NCBI GenBank assembly: GCA_017463485.1
Contig: JAFTPD010000002.1
Location: 193,870 to 257,869 of the forward strand
DNA length: 64,000 nucleotides
Direction of reading: 5' to 3'
Origin: Clostridia bacterium
GTDB taxonomy: Bacteria; Bacillota; Clostridia; Oscillospirales; CAG-272
Shown one piece after another: positions 52,526-63,823 of the stretch. Positions within the stretch are counted from its first letter, which is position 1. The number at the start of each line of letters is the position of its first letter. The position numbers and the translations under genes are program-made. A model generated the notes under the pieces. The model was not told where the DNA came from, made no database searches, and saw nothing but the letters and a program-made list of their open reading frames with translations.

Positions 52526-52575
52526 TTTTTTAAGGGTTGACCTACATTTCGGCGGTCAACCCTTAAAAATTTTTG
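52526..52575. terminator. Long hairpin downstream of recR (the T-tract is on the + strand only)
   Basis: Arms tttttaagggttgacc (52527-52542) and ggtcaacccttaaaaa (52554-52569), then T5 at 52570-52574 on the + strand. Confidence 0.5.
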
Positions 52576-52577
52576 GT

Positions 52578-53177
52578 TTATACGTCCCGTCTGCCCTGAA
52601 GCGCGCGGTAGAGAGTTACCTCGTCGGCATATTCAATATCCGTACCAACGGAAATTCCGTAAGCCAAACGTGTCACTTTGACGCCAAGCGGGCGCAAAAG
52701 TCGTGCAATATACATTGCAGTAGTTTCGCCTTCCACGTCAGCATTAGTTGCAACGATAACCTCACTCACCGCGTCCTTATCAATGCGGGCAAGCAGCTCC
52801 TTGATTTTCAGCTTGTCGGGAGTAATGCCGTTGAGCGGGGAGAGCACGCCGTGAAGCACGTGATAAACGCCCTTGTATTCCCTCACCTTTTCCATAGCCA
52901 TAACAGTCTTTGCATCTGAAACGACACAGACAAGGCTATGGTCGCGCTCCTCGTCATCACAGACACGGCAAATTTCCCTGTCGGTAAGATTCTGGCATAT
53001 CGGGCAAAGGTGGATCTTGCGCTTGGCATCAATTATCGCCTCAGCAAATTCCTCAACCTCCTCCTCGGTCAGCTCAAGCACTGAGAAAGCCATACGCATA
53101 GCGCTTTTTCTGCCCACTCCGCCAAGCTTTGCAAATTGCTCCGAAAGTCGGCTGAGCGACTCAATGTAGTCAGCCAT
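52578..53177 (-). CDS. recR: Recombination protein RecR
   Basis: 199 aa with a HhH region, the zinc finger CPICQNLTDREICRVC, and a Toprim domain ...VCVVSDAKTVMAMEK... Confidence 0.95.
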   Translation of the reverse strand: MADYIESLSRLSEQFAKLGGVGRKSAMRMAFSVLELTEEEVEEFAEAIIDAKRKIHLCPICQNLTDREICRVCDDEERDHSLVCVVSDAKTVMAMEKVREYKGVYHVLHGVLSPLNGITPDKLKIKELLARIDKDAVSEVIVATNADVEGETTAMYIARLLRPLGVKVTRLAYGISVGTDIEYADEVTLYRALQGRRDV

Positions 53178-53178
53178 A

Positions 53179-53523
53179 TCAGAACATTCCCGGCATATTG
53201 AGTGCGCCGCTTATTTTGTCCATTTCAGCCTGATTGGTGGATTCAACCTTCTTGATAGCCTCGTTAACTCCTGCTACGAGAATATCGGACAGGGTTTCGA
53301 TATCGTCAGGATCAACGATCTCGGGCGAAATATCAATGGAGAGGATCTCCTTCTTTCCGTTGATCTTAACGCAAACAGCACCGCCGCCTGCCTTTATTTC
53401 ATATTCCTTTTCCTCAAGCTCAGCCTGCTTTACTGCCATATCCTCCTGCATCTTCTGTGCCTGACGGATAAGCGCCTGCATATTTTGGCCGCCGCCCATT
53501 CCCTTCGGTATGTTTGCTCTCAT
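53179..53523 (-). CDS. ybaB: Nucleoid-associated protein YbaB/EbfC
   Basis: ORF 53179-53577. The ATG at 53523 follows aaaggaga. ...GGGQNMQALIRQAQKMQEDMAVKQAELEE... Confidence 0.9.
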   Translation of the reverse strand: MRANIPKGMGGGQNMQALIRQAQKMQEDMAVKQAELEEKEYEIKAGGGAVCVKINGKKEILSIDISPEIVDPDDIETLSDILVAGVNEAIKKVESTNQAEMDKISGALNMPGMF

Positions 53524-53554
53524 TATGTTCTCCTTTATGTTTATAGATTTAATT

Positions 53555-55171
53555 TTAAGCTTCGTCAGCCGCGTCAAGTATCAAATCCAGCAACGTATCC
53601 TCAGCCTGAGTAACACTCTGCGTTTCGATAACGATATCGGCTTGGGTTATCTGCTTCTGTAAGCAGTAAGAAAGTGCGCCGCGTATGGCGTCGAGTCCGC
53701 CGTCGCGTTCTGCCATCATGCGCTGGAAATCACCATCGAATTTTATTACTATCTTGCCGTCATCAGCGGTGAACGCCTTGGCAGTTTTAAAGAAGGAGGC
53801 AGGTACGGGATGTCCCTCTGCGATCCTTGAAACCACCTCGTTCCACGCGCGTATCGGGCGCAAGGTTCTCGTTTTATCTGAAGCGGGCTCAACATCAGCT
53901 TTGGATTTATCATCCGTGGCAGCAGTCTGCTTGCTTTTGGAAGTGACTGCAGGCTCGGACGTCTTTTCAATATTTACGGCTTTTGCTTCCTTGTTCGGCT
54001 TCGGCGTTGGTGGTGCGACAGCCCCCGAAGCGATAGCTTCTTCAAGCCGCGCGATTCGTGATAGGAGTGCCTGCGTTGAGGTATCAAGCACAGGATCGCA
54101 CATGCGCACGAGTGTCATTTCAGCAACTATACGCTTGACAGCATTGGCTTTTTGCATGGTAATGAGCGCTTCGTCAAGCAGCTTACAATGATACACGAGC
54201 GTTTCACGAGTAAAGTTCGCCGCACAAGCTTCAAGCATTTGTGTTTCCGAGTCAGTAAGGTCAAGGTAGGATGCCGCATTTTTGGTAGTCTTGACGACCA
54301 GCATATCGCGGTAAAGCGATATAAGCTCCTGCCAGAATATCGCGATATCCTTTGAGGAGCGTACCGTTTTGTCGATGACGTCAAACAAGGCGTCAAAATC
54401 GCGCTCGGCTACCGCACCTGCTACCTTTATCATGGACTCTCTGCCCATTGAGCCGATAGTATCGTCAACAAACTGTGGAGTGATGGGCATCCTGCTTCCC
54501 GCGCAAAGCTCCAGCAAGGAGATCGCATCTCGCATACCGCCCTGCGCCTGACGTGATATCAGTCGTGCGGCGTCGGCATCCAGAACAAGTCCCTCCTGTT
54601 CTGCGATATAAGAAAGCCGTGATGCCAGCACTTCGGTGGATATTCTGCGGAAATCAAACCGCTGACATCTCGAAATAATAGTAGCGGGCAATTTATGGAG
54701 CTCGGTGGTTGCAAGAATAAATACAACGTGTGCAGGCGGCTCTTCAAGCGTTTTAAGAAGTGCGTTGAAGGCGCTGACAGACAGCATGTGTACCTCGTCG
54801 ATTATATACACACGGTATTTAAGATCAGAGGGAGCATAAACCACCTCGTCACGGATGTCGCGGATATCCTCAACACCGTTGTTTGAAGCCGCGTCCATTT
54901 CAAGCACGTCCGTAGTCGTACCGCTCTCAATAGCTCGGCAAGCGGCGCATTTGCCGCAAGGATTGCCGTCCTTGGGATCAAGGCAATTTATCACACGGGA
55001 CAGTATCTTTGCGCAAGTGGTCTTACCTGTGCCGCGTGAGCCGCAGAACAGGTATGCGTGAGAAAACGTGCCGTTTATAGCCTCGTATTTAAGCACAGAC
55101 GTGATATGATCCTGTCCGTATACGTCGTCAAAGGTTTCGGGACGCCATTTTCTGTATAATGCCTGATACAA
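53555..55171 (-). CDS. dnaX: DNA polymerase III subunit gamma/tau
   Basis: The TTG start at 55171 lies 6 nt after ggaggg. The upstream part of ORF 53555-55306 overlaps the SRP RNA. (M)YQALYRKWRPETFDDV...GSRGTGKTTCAKIL... Confidence 0.9.
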   Translation of the reverse strand: MYQALYRKWRPETFDDVYGQDHITSVLKYEAINGTFSHAYLFCGSRGTGKTTCAKILSRVINCLDPKDGNPCGKCAACRAIESGTTTDVLEMDAASNNGVEDIRDIRDEVVYAPSDLKYRVYIIDEVHMLSVSAFNALLKTLEEPPAHVVFILATTELHKLPATIISRCQRFDFRRISTEVLASRLSYIAEQEGLVLDADAARLISRQAQGGMRDAISLLELCAGSRMPITPQFVDDTIGSMGRESMIKVAGAVAERDFDALFDVIDKTVRSSKDIAIFWQELISLYRDMLVVKTTKNAASYLDLTDSETQMLEACAANFTRETLVYHCKLLDEALITMQKANAVKRIVAEMTLVRMCDPVLDTSTQALLSRIARLEEAIASGAVAPPTPKPNKEAKAVNIEKTSEPAVTSKSKQTAATDDKSKADVEPASDKTRTLRPIRAWNEVVSRIAEGHPVPASFFKTAKAFTADDGKIVIKFDGDFQRMMAERDGGLDAIRGALSYCLQKQITQADIVIETQSVTQAEDTLLDLILDAADEA

Positions 55172-55217
55172 AATATACCCTCCTCTCTCTGTTAAAAACA
55201 GCAGTCGCTCTGCCGCA

Positions 55218-55500
55218 AAAGAAGACCATACACCGTAATCTCGAATGTCACTACCCCGCGATCTTTCCTCTACTTGCTCAAAGCAGGCACCCTCGCGGCA
55301 CATCAAGTGTACCGTTTAATGCTGCTTGGTTCCCCACCTGACATGGTTCACGGCTCCCGATTGCGCAAGACCCGCTTATCAACACAAATAAAAGAACTCA
55401 ATTCGGAAAAGCTCGACCCTCAAAAACGGGATCCACCCCTGCTGTAGCGGATTGCAGGTTCAAGGCTCCGCTGCTTCCCCGGCTGGTATGGCCTACTTTC
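55218..55500 (-). ncRNA. ffs: Signal recognition particle RNA, large (Bacillus/Clostridium) type with an Alu domain
   Basis: The minus strand reads ...ACCUGCAAUCCGCUACAGCAGGG... (Alu domain) and ...GAACCAUGUCAGGUGG-GGAA-CCAAGCAGCAUUAAACGG...GUGCCGCGAGGGUGCCUG (domain IV, GGAA loop at 55330-55333). The 5' GGCCAUAC pairs with the 3' GUAUGGUC. It sits upstream of dnaX, as in B. subtilis. The ends are approximate. Confidence 0.85.
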
Positions 55501-55529
55501 ACAGCAGAACGCTGCTGTTTATCACTATT

Positions 55530-55558
55530 ATTATACCACAAAAAGCTGTCTTTGTATA
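55530..55558 (-). promoter_or_regulatory. Promoter of the SRP RNA precursor
   Basis: On the minus strand: TATACA (55553-55558), 17-nt spacer, TGgTATAAT (-10 at 55530-55535). Confidence 0.5.
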
Positions 55559-55595
55559 GAGCTGTTTTGATGATTTACAGGAATTTTACAAATAT

Positions 55596-56453
55596 TTATG
55601 CTTTTATAATACCCTTGAGATGATCTATAGCGATCTGAATATCAGCCGCAGGATCAGCGCCTACCTCACGCTCGATGGTAAGGAATCCGCGATAGCCGAT
55701 ATCCTCAAGTGCCGCAAGGTATGCGGGAAAATCTACACTACCCGTTCCAAGCGGAACTTCCTCAAAATACTTAACGCTCCAGAAGTCCTGAGGAACCGGA
55801 TGAACCACCTGATAGATAAACTCGGGGTTGCCGCGGTTGATCATAACTCCGTCTTTAGCGTGAGTATGTACGATATAGTCCTTGAGGTTGTAAACAGCAC
55901 CCACGGGATCGTCGCCCGTAACCATAACGAGGTTTGCAGGGTCAAGGTTTACACCGACACCGCGAGTTCCGCCGAGAGAATCAAGGAAAGCCTTAAGAGT
56001 CGCGGAGGTCTCGGGACCTGTTTCAACTGCGAAATGAGAGCCGATAGAATCGGCATACTCGGCAAGAGTATAGCAAGCCTCCTGCATGATCTTGTATCTG
56101 TCATGAGTGGGATCCTCGGGTACTACGCCGATATGGGTAGTAACGATATCCGACTCCAGATCCTTTGCAAGATCAAGAATACGCTTGGATTTTTCGATAA
56201 GCTCGGGGTTAAGCTCGGCATTACCAAAGCCGCGTCCGAGGTCGCCGCAGATTGCCGAAAAACGCAAGCCGGAATCCTTTACCAGCTTGAGCAGCTCGGT
56301 GCGCTTTTCACCAACGAGATTTTCGGGAGCGTTCTCTCCCTTTGTACAGTACATCTGGATTCCATCAACTCCCATGGAAGCCGCTTTAAGCACTGCATCC
56401 TTTGTGGGAATGAGGAAAGAATCGAGAATTACGCCGATAGGAAAATTATACAT
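55596..56453 (-). CDS. Sugar phosphate isomerase/epimerase (xylose isomerase-like TIM barrel)
   Basis: ORF 55596-56498. The ATG at 56453 follows aaaggagaaagg. TIM-barrel pattern with ...HIGVVPED..., ...FAVETGPE..., ...VNLDPANL... and ...HAKDG. Confidence 0.75.
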   Translation of the reverse strand: MYNFPIGVILDSFLIPTKDAVLKAASMGVDGIQMYCTKGENAPENLVGEKRTELLKLVKDSGLRFSAICGDLGRGFGNAELNPELIEKSKRILDLAKDLESDIVTTHIGVVPEDPTHDRYKIMQEACYTLAEYADSIGSHFAVETGPETSATLKAFLDSLGGTRGVGVNLDPANLVMVTGDDPVGAVYNLKDYIVHTHAKDGVMINRGNPEFIYQVVHPVPQDFWSVKYFEEVPLGTGSVDFPAYLAALEDIGYRGFLTIEREVGADPAADIQIAIDHLKGIIKA

Positions 56454-56543
56454 ACCTTTCTCCTTTGCATTAAGAAATTCAGTGACTACATTATACAAGA
56501 TTTTGCTTGAAATGTCAATAGATTTTCAAATATTCCTCACAAA

Positions 56544-59390
56544 TCATTTTCGATTTTTGTGAGTAGCAAGCTGTTTTTTGAGGAATTGTCCCGTGTAGGA
56601 GCATTCAACCTCAGCAATCTCCTCGGGAGTTCCCGTCGCGACAACAGTTCCGCCGTTCACACCACCTTCGGGGCCGAGGTCAATGATATGGTCGGCGCAC
56701 TTGATAACGTCGAGGTTATGCTCTATAACAAGCACGGTATTTCCACCGTCACACAGACGCTGTAAAACGGTCAAAAGACGCGCAACGTCGTCGGTGTGGA
56801 GTCCCGTTGTAGGCTCGTCAAGAATATAGATGGTCTTACCCGTTCCCCGTCGTGCAAGCTCAGTGGCAAGCTTGACTCTTTGTGCTTCGCCGCCTGAGAG
56901 CGTGGTAGACGACTGACCTATCTTAATATATCCGAGTCCAACGTCAAACAGCGTTTGAAGTTTGCGTTGAATTTTGGGGATTCCGTCAAAAAAAGAAAGT
57001 CCTTCTTCAACGGTCATATCCAGCACGTCAAAGATGTTTTTGCCTTTATAATGGACGTCCAGCGTATCGCGATTATATCGCTTTCCGCGGCACACGTCGC
57101 AGGTGACGTAGACGTCGGGGAGAAAATGCATCTCGATTTTTTTAACTCCGTCACCCTCGCAGGCTTCACAACGTCCGCCCTTGGTATTAAAGGAAAATCT
57201 TCCCGCGGTAAATCCCTTCGCCTTTGCGTCCTTGGTCTGTGCGAACAACTCACGGATATCGTTAAATAGTGACGTATACGTCGCGGGATTGGAGCGCGGT
57301 GTGCGTCCAATGGGACTTTGGTCGATAGCTATTACCTTGTCAAGATACTCAATTCCCTCAATCTTGTCATGGTCACCCGGATAAGTGGTGGCACGGTTAA
57401 GCTGTGCGGCAAGCACGGGATACACGATTCCGTTAACAAGGGAGGATTTTCCCGAGCCAGAAACACCTGTAACGCACACAAAGCATCCAAGCGGTATCTG
57501 AACGTCGATATTTTTGAGATTGTGCTCTCGCGCGCCTTTGACGGACAGGAAATTTCCGTTACCCTCGCGCCGCTTTTCGGGAACAGCTATTTTCTTTCTG
57601 CCCGAAAGATATGCGCCTGTAATTGAACTTTCACACTGCATTACTTCCTCGGGAGTGCCGGCGGCTACTACGTATCCACCGTGTATTCCCGCGCCAGGTC
57701 CAATATCCACCAGATAATCAGACTCCTGCATGGTTTCCTCGTCATGCTCGACTACGATAACGGTATTTCCAAGGTCACGCAGCTTTTTAAGGGTAGCAAC
57801 AAGCTTCGAGTTATCGCGCTGATGCAGACCTATACTCGGCTCGTCAAGGATATACAAAACTCCCGTAAGCGACGAGCCTATCTGCGTTGCAAGACGTATT
57901 CTCTGTGCTTCACCGCCCGACAGAGAGCCTGCCTTGCGAGCAAGCGTGAGATAGTCAAGTCCAACGCTGACAAGAAATCCGAGTCGCGCACGTATCTCCT
58001 TGACGATCTCCTTGGCAATAACGGCATCGCTGCCTTCCAAAGTGAGGCTTTCAATGAAATTCAATGCTTCTTTTATCGAAAGATTACAAAGCTCGTCAAT
58101 GTTAATTCCGCCAACAGTGACCGCAAGAGAGTTTTTGCAAAGTCGCTTGCCGTGACATTCGGGGCAGGATGCTTCCTCCACGAATTGCTCGTAGTATTCG
58201 CGGTTCATTCCCTGAGCCATACGTTGCTCGATCATAGCAACAATACCGTCAAAGGTGGTCTTTTGTCTGTGAGCCTCTCCGCCAAAATAACGCACGATAT
58301 CGTATTTTTCGTCGCCAGAGCCGTAGTACAGCACGTCCAGCGCTTCCTTTGTAAAGGTATTGATGGGCTGTGTCATTTCAAATCCGAACTTCTTGCCTAC
58401 AGCCTCGAAAAGCGGACCGTTCCAGCTTTCTCTCTCCAATGTCTTAAATCCGTTGACCTGAATTGCACCCTGTCGCAGTGACATTTCCGGATGAGGAATA
58501 AGCCTGCCTACCGCAACTCTTTGCATGTCACCGATACCCGCGCACACGGGACACGCGCCGGCAGGATTGTTGAAAGAAAACATTCTCGGCTCAAGCTCGC
58601 CAAAGGAAATTCCGTGCTCCTCGCAGGCATAGCTTTGAGAAAAGGACATTTCCCTCTCCTCCTCGCCGTCGCGCGGAACAGTGACGATTTGCAAATGTCC
58701 CTCTGCCGCAGATAGCGCATTTTCAACCGAGTCAGAAAGGCGCGGGCGTATGCCGTCACGCATAACCAGTCGGTCAACAACTATCTCAATGCTGTGCTTT
58801 TTGTTTTTGTCCAGCTTTATTTCTTCTGACAAGTCAAAGATATTTCCGTCAACACGCACACGCACGTATCCCTTTTTCTTCGCGTCTGCAAGCACCTTTT
58901 CGTGCATGCCCTTCTGTGCGCGCACAACGGGCGACAGCACCATAAAGCGCGTACCCTCGTCAAGAGTCAGTATCTTATCAATTATCTGATCAACTGTCTG
59001 TTGACGTATCTCCTTGCCGCATATCGGACAATGCGCAACGCCCACACGCGCGTAAAGCAAACGTAGATAATCGTATATTTCGGTCACAGTGCCCACGGTC
59101 GAGCGCGGGTTTTTGGACGTTGTTTTCTGGTCGATAGCAATAGCGGGAGAAAGCCCGTCTATGGAATCCACGTCGGGCTTGTCAAGCTGACCGAGAAACA
59201 TACGGGCGTATGAAGACAGTGACTCCACAAACCGTCTGTGTCCTTCGGCATATATAGTATCAAACGCGAGCGACGACTTGCCCGAGCCCGAAAGTCCTGT
59301 AAGGACAACCAGCTTTTCTCTCGGGATCTCAACATCCAGATTTTTAAGATTGTGAACTCGCGTTCCTTTAATGATAATGGAAGATTGCAT
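56544..59390 (-). CDS. uvrA: Excinuclease ABC subunit A
   Basis: 948 aa with two ABC ATPase modules ([13 protein letters not shown] and [11 protein letters not shown]) and zinc modules. Confidence 0.96.
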   Translation of the reverse strand: MQSSIIIKGTRVHNLKNLDVEIPREKLVVLTGLSGSGKSSLAFDTIYAEGHRRFVESLSSYARMFLGQLDKPDVDSIDGLSPAIAIDQKTTSKNPRSTVGTVTEIYDYLRLLYARVGVAHCPICGKEIRQQTVDQIIDKILTLDEGTRFMVLSPVVRAQKGMHEKVLADAKKKGYVRVRVDGNIFDLSEEIKLDKNKKHSIEIVVDRLVMRDGIRPRLSDSVENALSAAEGHLQIVTVPRDGEEEREMSFSQSYACEEHGISFGELEPRMFSFNNPAGACPVCAGIGDMQRVAVGRLIPHPEMSLRQGAIQVNGFKTLERESWNGPLFEAVGKKFGFEMTQPINTFTKEALDVLYYGSGDEKYDIVRYFGGEAHRQKTTFDGIVAMIEQRMAQGMNREYYEQFVEEASCPECHGKRLCKNSLAVTVGGINIDELCNLSIKEALNFIESLTLEGSDAVIAKEIVKEIRARLGFLVSVGLDYLTLARKAGSLSGGEAQRIRLATQIGSSLTGVLYILDEPSIGLHQRDNSKLVATLKKLRDLGNTVIVVEHDEETMQESDYLVDIGPGAGIHGGYVVAAGTPEEVMQCESSITGAYLSGRKKIAVPEKRREGNGNFLSVKGAREHNLKNIDVQIPLGCFVCVTGVSGSGKSSLVNGIVYPVLAAQLNRATTYPGDHDKIEGIEYLDKVIAIDQSPIGRTPRSNPATYTSLFNDIRELFAQTKDAKAKGFTAGRFSFNTKGGRCEACEGDGVKKIEMHFLPDVYVTCDVCRGKRYNRDTLDVHYKGKNIFDVLDMTVEEGLSFFDGIPKIQRKLQTLFDVGLGYIKIGQSSTTLSGGEAQRVKLATELARRGTGKTIYILDEPTTGLHTDDVARLLTVLQRLCDGGNTVLVIEHNLDVIKCADHIIDLGPEGGVNGGTVVATGTPEEIAEVECSYTGQFLKKQLATHKNRK

Positions 59391-59408
59391 AATATCCCCT
59401 TGATAAAT

Positions 59409-59885
59409 TTAAAATCCGCAAGCTTTCTTTATGTTTTCAAGCTGCTTTGATGTAATCCGCTCAAAGTGGCGGGTGTTGACGCGACCGCTTTTCATAACGA
59501 AGTTAAGATCAGCATTCCTATAAGCGCGTTTCCCCTCAGTCACGGGTTGTCCGTGCTTATCGCTAAGGTTGATCTCGGCTATTTCCTCGATGTGAAACAG
59601 CATAACCTCACCGTATTTATTCTTGCCTGCATTGATCGCTCCCTCGGATATAGTCATACACGAGGTTAGTAGCACAGCCACATCGAAAACGCAAAGGCAA
59701 GCAACCACTGCGAGAATGGTTGAGAGTATTGAGCCAACGACACCCTGCGACCATTTTTGCCATTCCATGACAAGGAGAATTGCCACGATCCCAACGGCTA
59801 TCAAAAGCATAAAAAATGCGTTCAGCGTATCGGCAAGCCTTACGCGGACAACAGCGGGCTTTAAGTTGCTTTCATTATTTTTCAT
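59409..59885 (-). CDS. Hypothetical membrane protein between uvrB and uvrA
   Basis: 158 aa with two TM helices and a soluble C-terminal ~75 aa. Lies 4 nt after the uvrB stop and 18 nt before the uvrA start. Confidence 0.65.
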   Translation of the reverse strand: MKNNESNLKPAVVRVRLADTLNAFFMLLIAVGIVAILLVMEWQKWSQGVVGSILSTILAVVACLCVFDVAVLLTSCMTISEGAINAGKNKYGEVMLFHIEEIAEINLSDKHGQPVTEGKRAYRNADLNFVMKSGRVNTRHFERITSKQLENIKKACGF

Positions 59886-59889
59886 ATAT

Positions 59890-61899
59890 CTAATCCTTCA
59901 TGCTATTTTCCGTTCTCAATTTTTGTATCTCGTCACGCAGATAAGCCGCCTTTTCAAATTCAAGAGTGCGAGCCGCTTCCTTCATCTCGCGGGTGAGCTT
60001 ATCAATAAGTTCAGCACGCTGTGCGGCGGTAAGCTTTTTCGGCTTTTTGGAGCTTCCACCCTTTCCCCGCTTGGCGGTCTTGGGCATACCGTCTTCATCC
60101 TTTGCGCCAATTCGTATAACGTCACGCACGTCCTTTTTGACAGTCGTAGGAGTGATTCCGTGTTTTTTATTATATGCGTCCTGTATCTCGCGACGGCGGG
60201 CGGTCTCGCTGATAGCGCCCGCCATTGAACGGGTTATACTATCGGCATACATAATGACAGTTCCGTTACTGTTACGCGCGGCACGTCCGACAGTCTGAAT
60301 AAGAGAACGCTCGGCGCGCAAAAATCCTTCTTTATCGGCGTCGAGTATGGCAACGAGGGACACTTCGGGTATGTCAAGTCCTTCGCGCAGAAGGTTGATT
60401 CCCACAAGTACGTCGAACACTCCAAGGCGCAGATCGCGCACTATCTCCATACGCTCCATGGTTTCCACGTTGTGGTGGATGTAGCGCACCTTTACCCCGT
60501 TACTGTCCAGATAATCCGTCAGATCCTCCGCCATCTTTTTAGTAAGCGTTGTGACAAGTACTCGCTCGCCACGCTCGGCGCGGACTCTGATTTCGCCCAA
60601 AAGATCGTCCACCTGCCCCTCGATGGGACGGACGTCAATTATAGGATCAAGCAGTCCCGTGGGACGAATTATTTGCTCAACCGTCTGCTGTGAATGCTCC
60701 TGCTCGTAGTCACCCGGCGTTGCGCTGACGTATATCGCTTGATTAATCATTCCCTCAAATTCGGGAAAATACAGCGGTCTGTTGTCGTAAGCCGAAGGCA
60801 GACGGAAGCCGTAGTCCACAAGGTTTTTCTTCCTTGCAGTGTCGCCGCCGCTCATACCGCGCACCTGCGGAATGGTTACGTGGGACTCGTCCACAAACAT
60901 AAGAAAATCGTCGGGAAAATAATTGAGAAGCGTGTACGGAGTTGCTCCGGGCTCACGTCCTGACAAGACGCGGGAGTAGTTCTCTACGCCTGAGCAGAAT
61001 CCAACCTCGCGAAGCATCTCAAGGTCGTACTTGACGCGCTCTGCGATCCTCTGTGCTTCGATAAGCTTGTCCTCCGAGCGAAAATATTCGACTCGCTCGA
61101 TCATTTCCTGCTCAATAGTTCTGAGTGCAAGCTCCTTTTTCTCGTTTGACACCGCATAGTGGGTCGCAGGATATATCGCGGCGTAGCTGAGCAGTCGTAT
61201 AAGCTTGCCCGTGACGATATTTATTTCCGAAAGTCTGTCTATCTCGTCATCAAAAAACTCAATACGAAGCGCGGTTTCGGACTCGTTGGCGGGAATAACC
61301 TCTACAGTGTCTCCGCGCACACGGAAGCAATCACGCGCAAGGCTCATGTCGTTGCGGTTGTAGCTGTTGAATACCAGCTTTTTGATAAGCTCCTCGCGGC
61401 TCATAGGCATGCCCGGACGAAGCGGAATAACAAGATTTTTATACTCCGAGGGATCACCCAAGGAATAAATGCAGGACACCGACGCAACGATAATTACGTC
61501 CCTGCGCTCGAATAACGCGGAGGTCGCGCTGTGGCGCAATCGATCTATCTCGTCGTTGATGAGTGCGTCCTTTTCGATATACATATCCTTACCCGGTATA
61601 TACGCCTCGGGCTGATAGTAGTCGTAGTAGGAAACAAAATATTCCACCGCATTGTCGGGGAAAAACTCGCGGAACTCGGAGCATAGCTGTGCGGCAAGGG
61701 TTTTGTTGTGGGCAAGCACAAGTGTCGGCTTGTTGACATTAGCGATTATATTAGCCATGGTAAAGGTTTTTCCCGATCCCGTAACACCAAGCAGTACCTG
61801 CTCGCGCAGGCCGTTTTTGACACCGTCCGACAGCTTTTTGATAGCTTCCGGCTGGTCACCCGTGGGTTTCATATCCGACCGCAAAACAAATCTGTCCAT
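59890..61899 (-). CDS. uvrB: Excinuclease ABC subunit B
   Basis: 669 aa, ...[14 protein letters not shown]..., helicase motifs, and a C-terminal UVR domain ...[16 protein letters not shown]... Confidence 0.96.
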   Translation of the reverse strand: MDRFVLRSDMKPTGDQPEAIKKLSDGVKNGLREQVLLGVTGSGKTFTMANIIANVNKPTLVLAHNKTLAAQLCSEFREFFPDNAVEYFVSYYDYYQPEAYIPGKDMYIEKDALINDEIDRLRHSATSALFERRDVIIVASVSCIYSLGDPSEYKNLVIPLRPGMPMSREELIKKLVFNSYNRNDMSLARDCFRVRGDTVEVIPANESETALRIEFFDDEIDRLSEINIVTGKLIRLLSYAAIYPATHYAVSNEKKELALRTIEQEMIERVEYFRSEDKLIEAQRIAERVKYDLEMLREVGFCSGVENYSRVLSGREPGATPYTLLNYFPDDFLMFVDESHVTIPQVRGMSGGDTARKKNLVDYGFRLPSAYDNRPLYFPEFEGMINQAIYVSATPGDYEQEHSQQTVEQIIRPTGLLDPIIDVRPIEGQVDDLLGEIRVRAERGERVLVTTLTKKMAEDLTDYLDSNGVKVRYIHHNVETMERMEIVRDLRLGVFDVLVGINLLREGLDIPEVSLVAILDADKEGFLRAERSLIQTVGRAARNSNGTVIMYADSITRSMAGAISETARRREIQDAYNKKHGITPTTVKKDVRDVIRIGAKDEDGMPKTAKRGKGGSSKKPKKLTAAQRAELIDKLTREMKEAARTLEFEKAAYLRDEIQKLRTENSMKD

Positions 61900-61932
61900 A
61901 CTACCCTCCTATTACAAATATATATCTAAACT

Positions 61933-63343
<1,411 letters not shown>

Positions 63344-63351
63344 ATAAAGAT

Positions 63352-63394
63352 ACCGCCGAGAGTTACCGTTTGGTGACTCTCGGCGGTGTTATTT
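63352..63394. terminator. Bidirectional terminator between eno and pyrI
   Basis: Arms accgccgagagt (63352-63363) and actctcggcggt (63376-63387), then guuauuu. Confidence 0.75.
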
Positions 63395-63809
63395 ACTTTG
63401 CCTTAGATTCGCAGTACATACAGCGATAAATTGCTTTTTCGCGGTTAGTGAGCTTGAAAACCTGGTCGATTCCCTGCTCGGTGGAGGTTATACAACGGGG
63501 GTTTTTGCACTTGATGACGTTGGTAACTCGGTCAGGCAGCTCAAGATGCTTGCGGCTGACCACCTTACCGTCCTGAATAATATTTACCGTAATGCCCGGG
63601 TCGATATAACCCAGCACGTCAAGGTCAAGGTCGATAACCTCAAAAATTTTGAGGATATCCTTTTTGCCCTTCTTGACGCTATCCGCATTTTTGATAATTG
63701 CCACGGTACATTCCAGCTCGCCAAGGTGGAGAACGTCATATATTTCCATTGAGCGTCCCGCGGTTATATGGTCAAGCACGATTCCGTTTTTTATAGCTCC
63801 GATAATCAT
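63393..63809 (-). CDS. pyrI: Aspartate carbamoyltransferase regulatory subunit
   Basis: 138 aa, ...IKNGIVLDHI..., with the C-terminal zinc domain CKNPRCIT...YRCMYCE. Confidence 0.92.
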   Translation of the reverse strand: MIIGAIKNGIVLDHITAGRSMEIYDVLHLGELECTVAIIKNADSVKKGKKDILKIFEVIDLDLDVLGYIDPGITVNIIQDGKVVSRKHLELPDRVTNVIKCKNPRCITSTEQGIDQVFKLTNREKAIYRCMYCESKAK

Positions 63810-63823
63810 TAATTCAGCCCCCT

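Noticed and set aside
53555-55306. Full-length 583-aa version of the dnaX ORF starting at the ATG at 55306.
   Set aside because: The first 45 codons overlap the SRP RNA (domain IV at ~55290-55350) and have no DnaX similarity. The conserved N-terminus YQALYRKWRP begins right after a TTG with a proper RBS at 55171.
55455-55495. A second 'GGGGAAGCAGCGG' string resembling SRP domain IV, which first suggested two tandem small RNAs.
   Set aside because: In context (…CCAGCCGGGGAAGCAGCGGAGCCUUGAACCUGCAAUCCGCU…) it aligns with the 5' Alu-domain region of the large Bacillus-type SRP RNA as I remember it. This is one ~280-nt RNA, not two.
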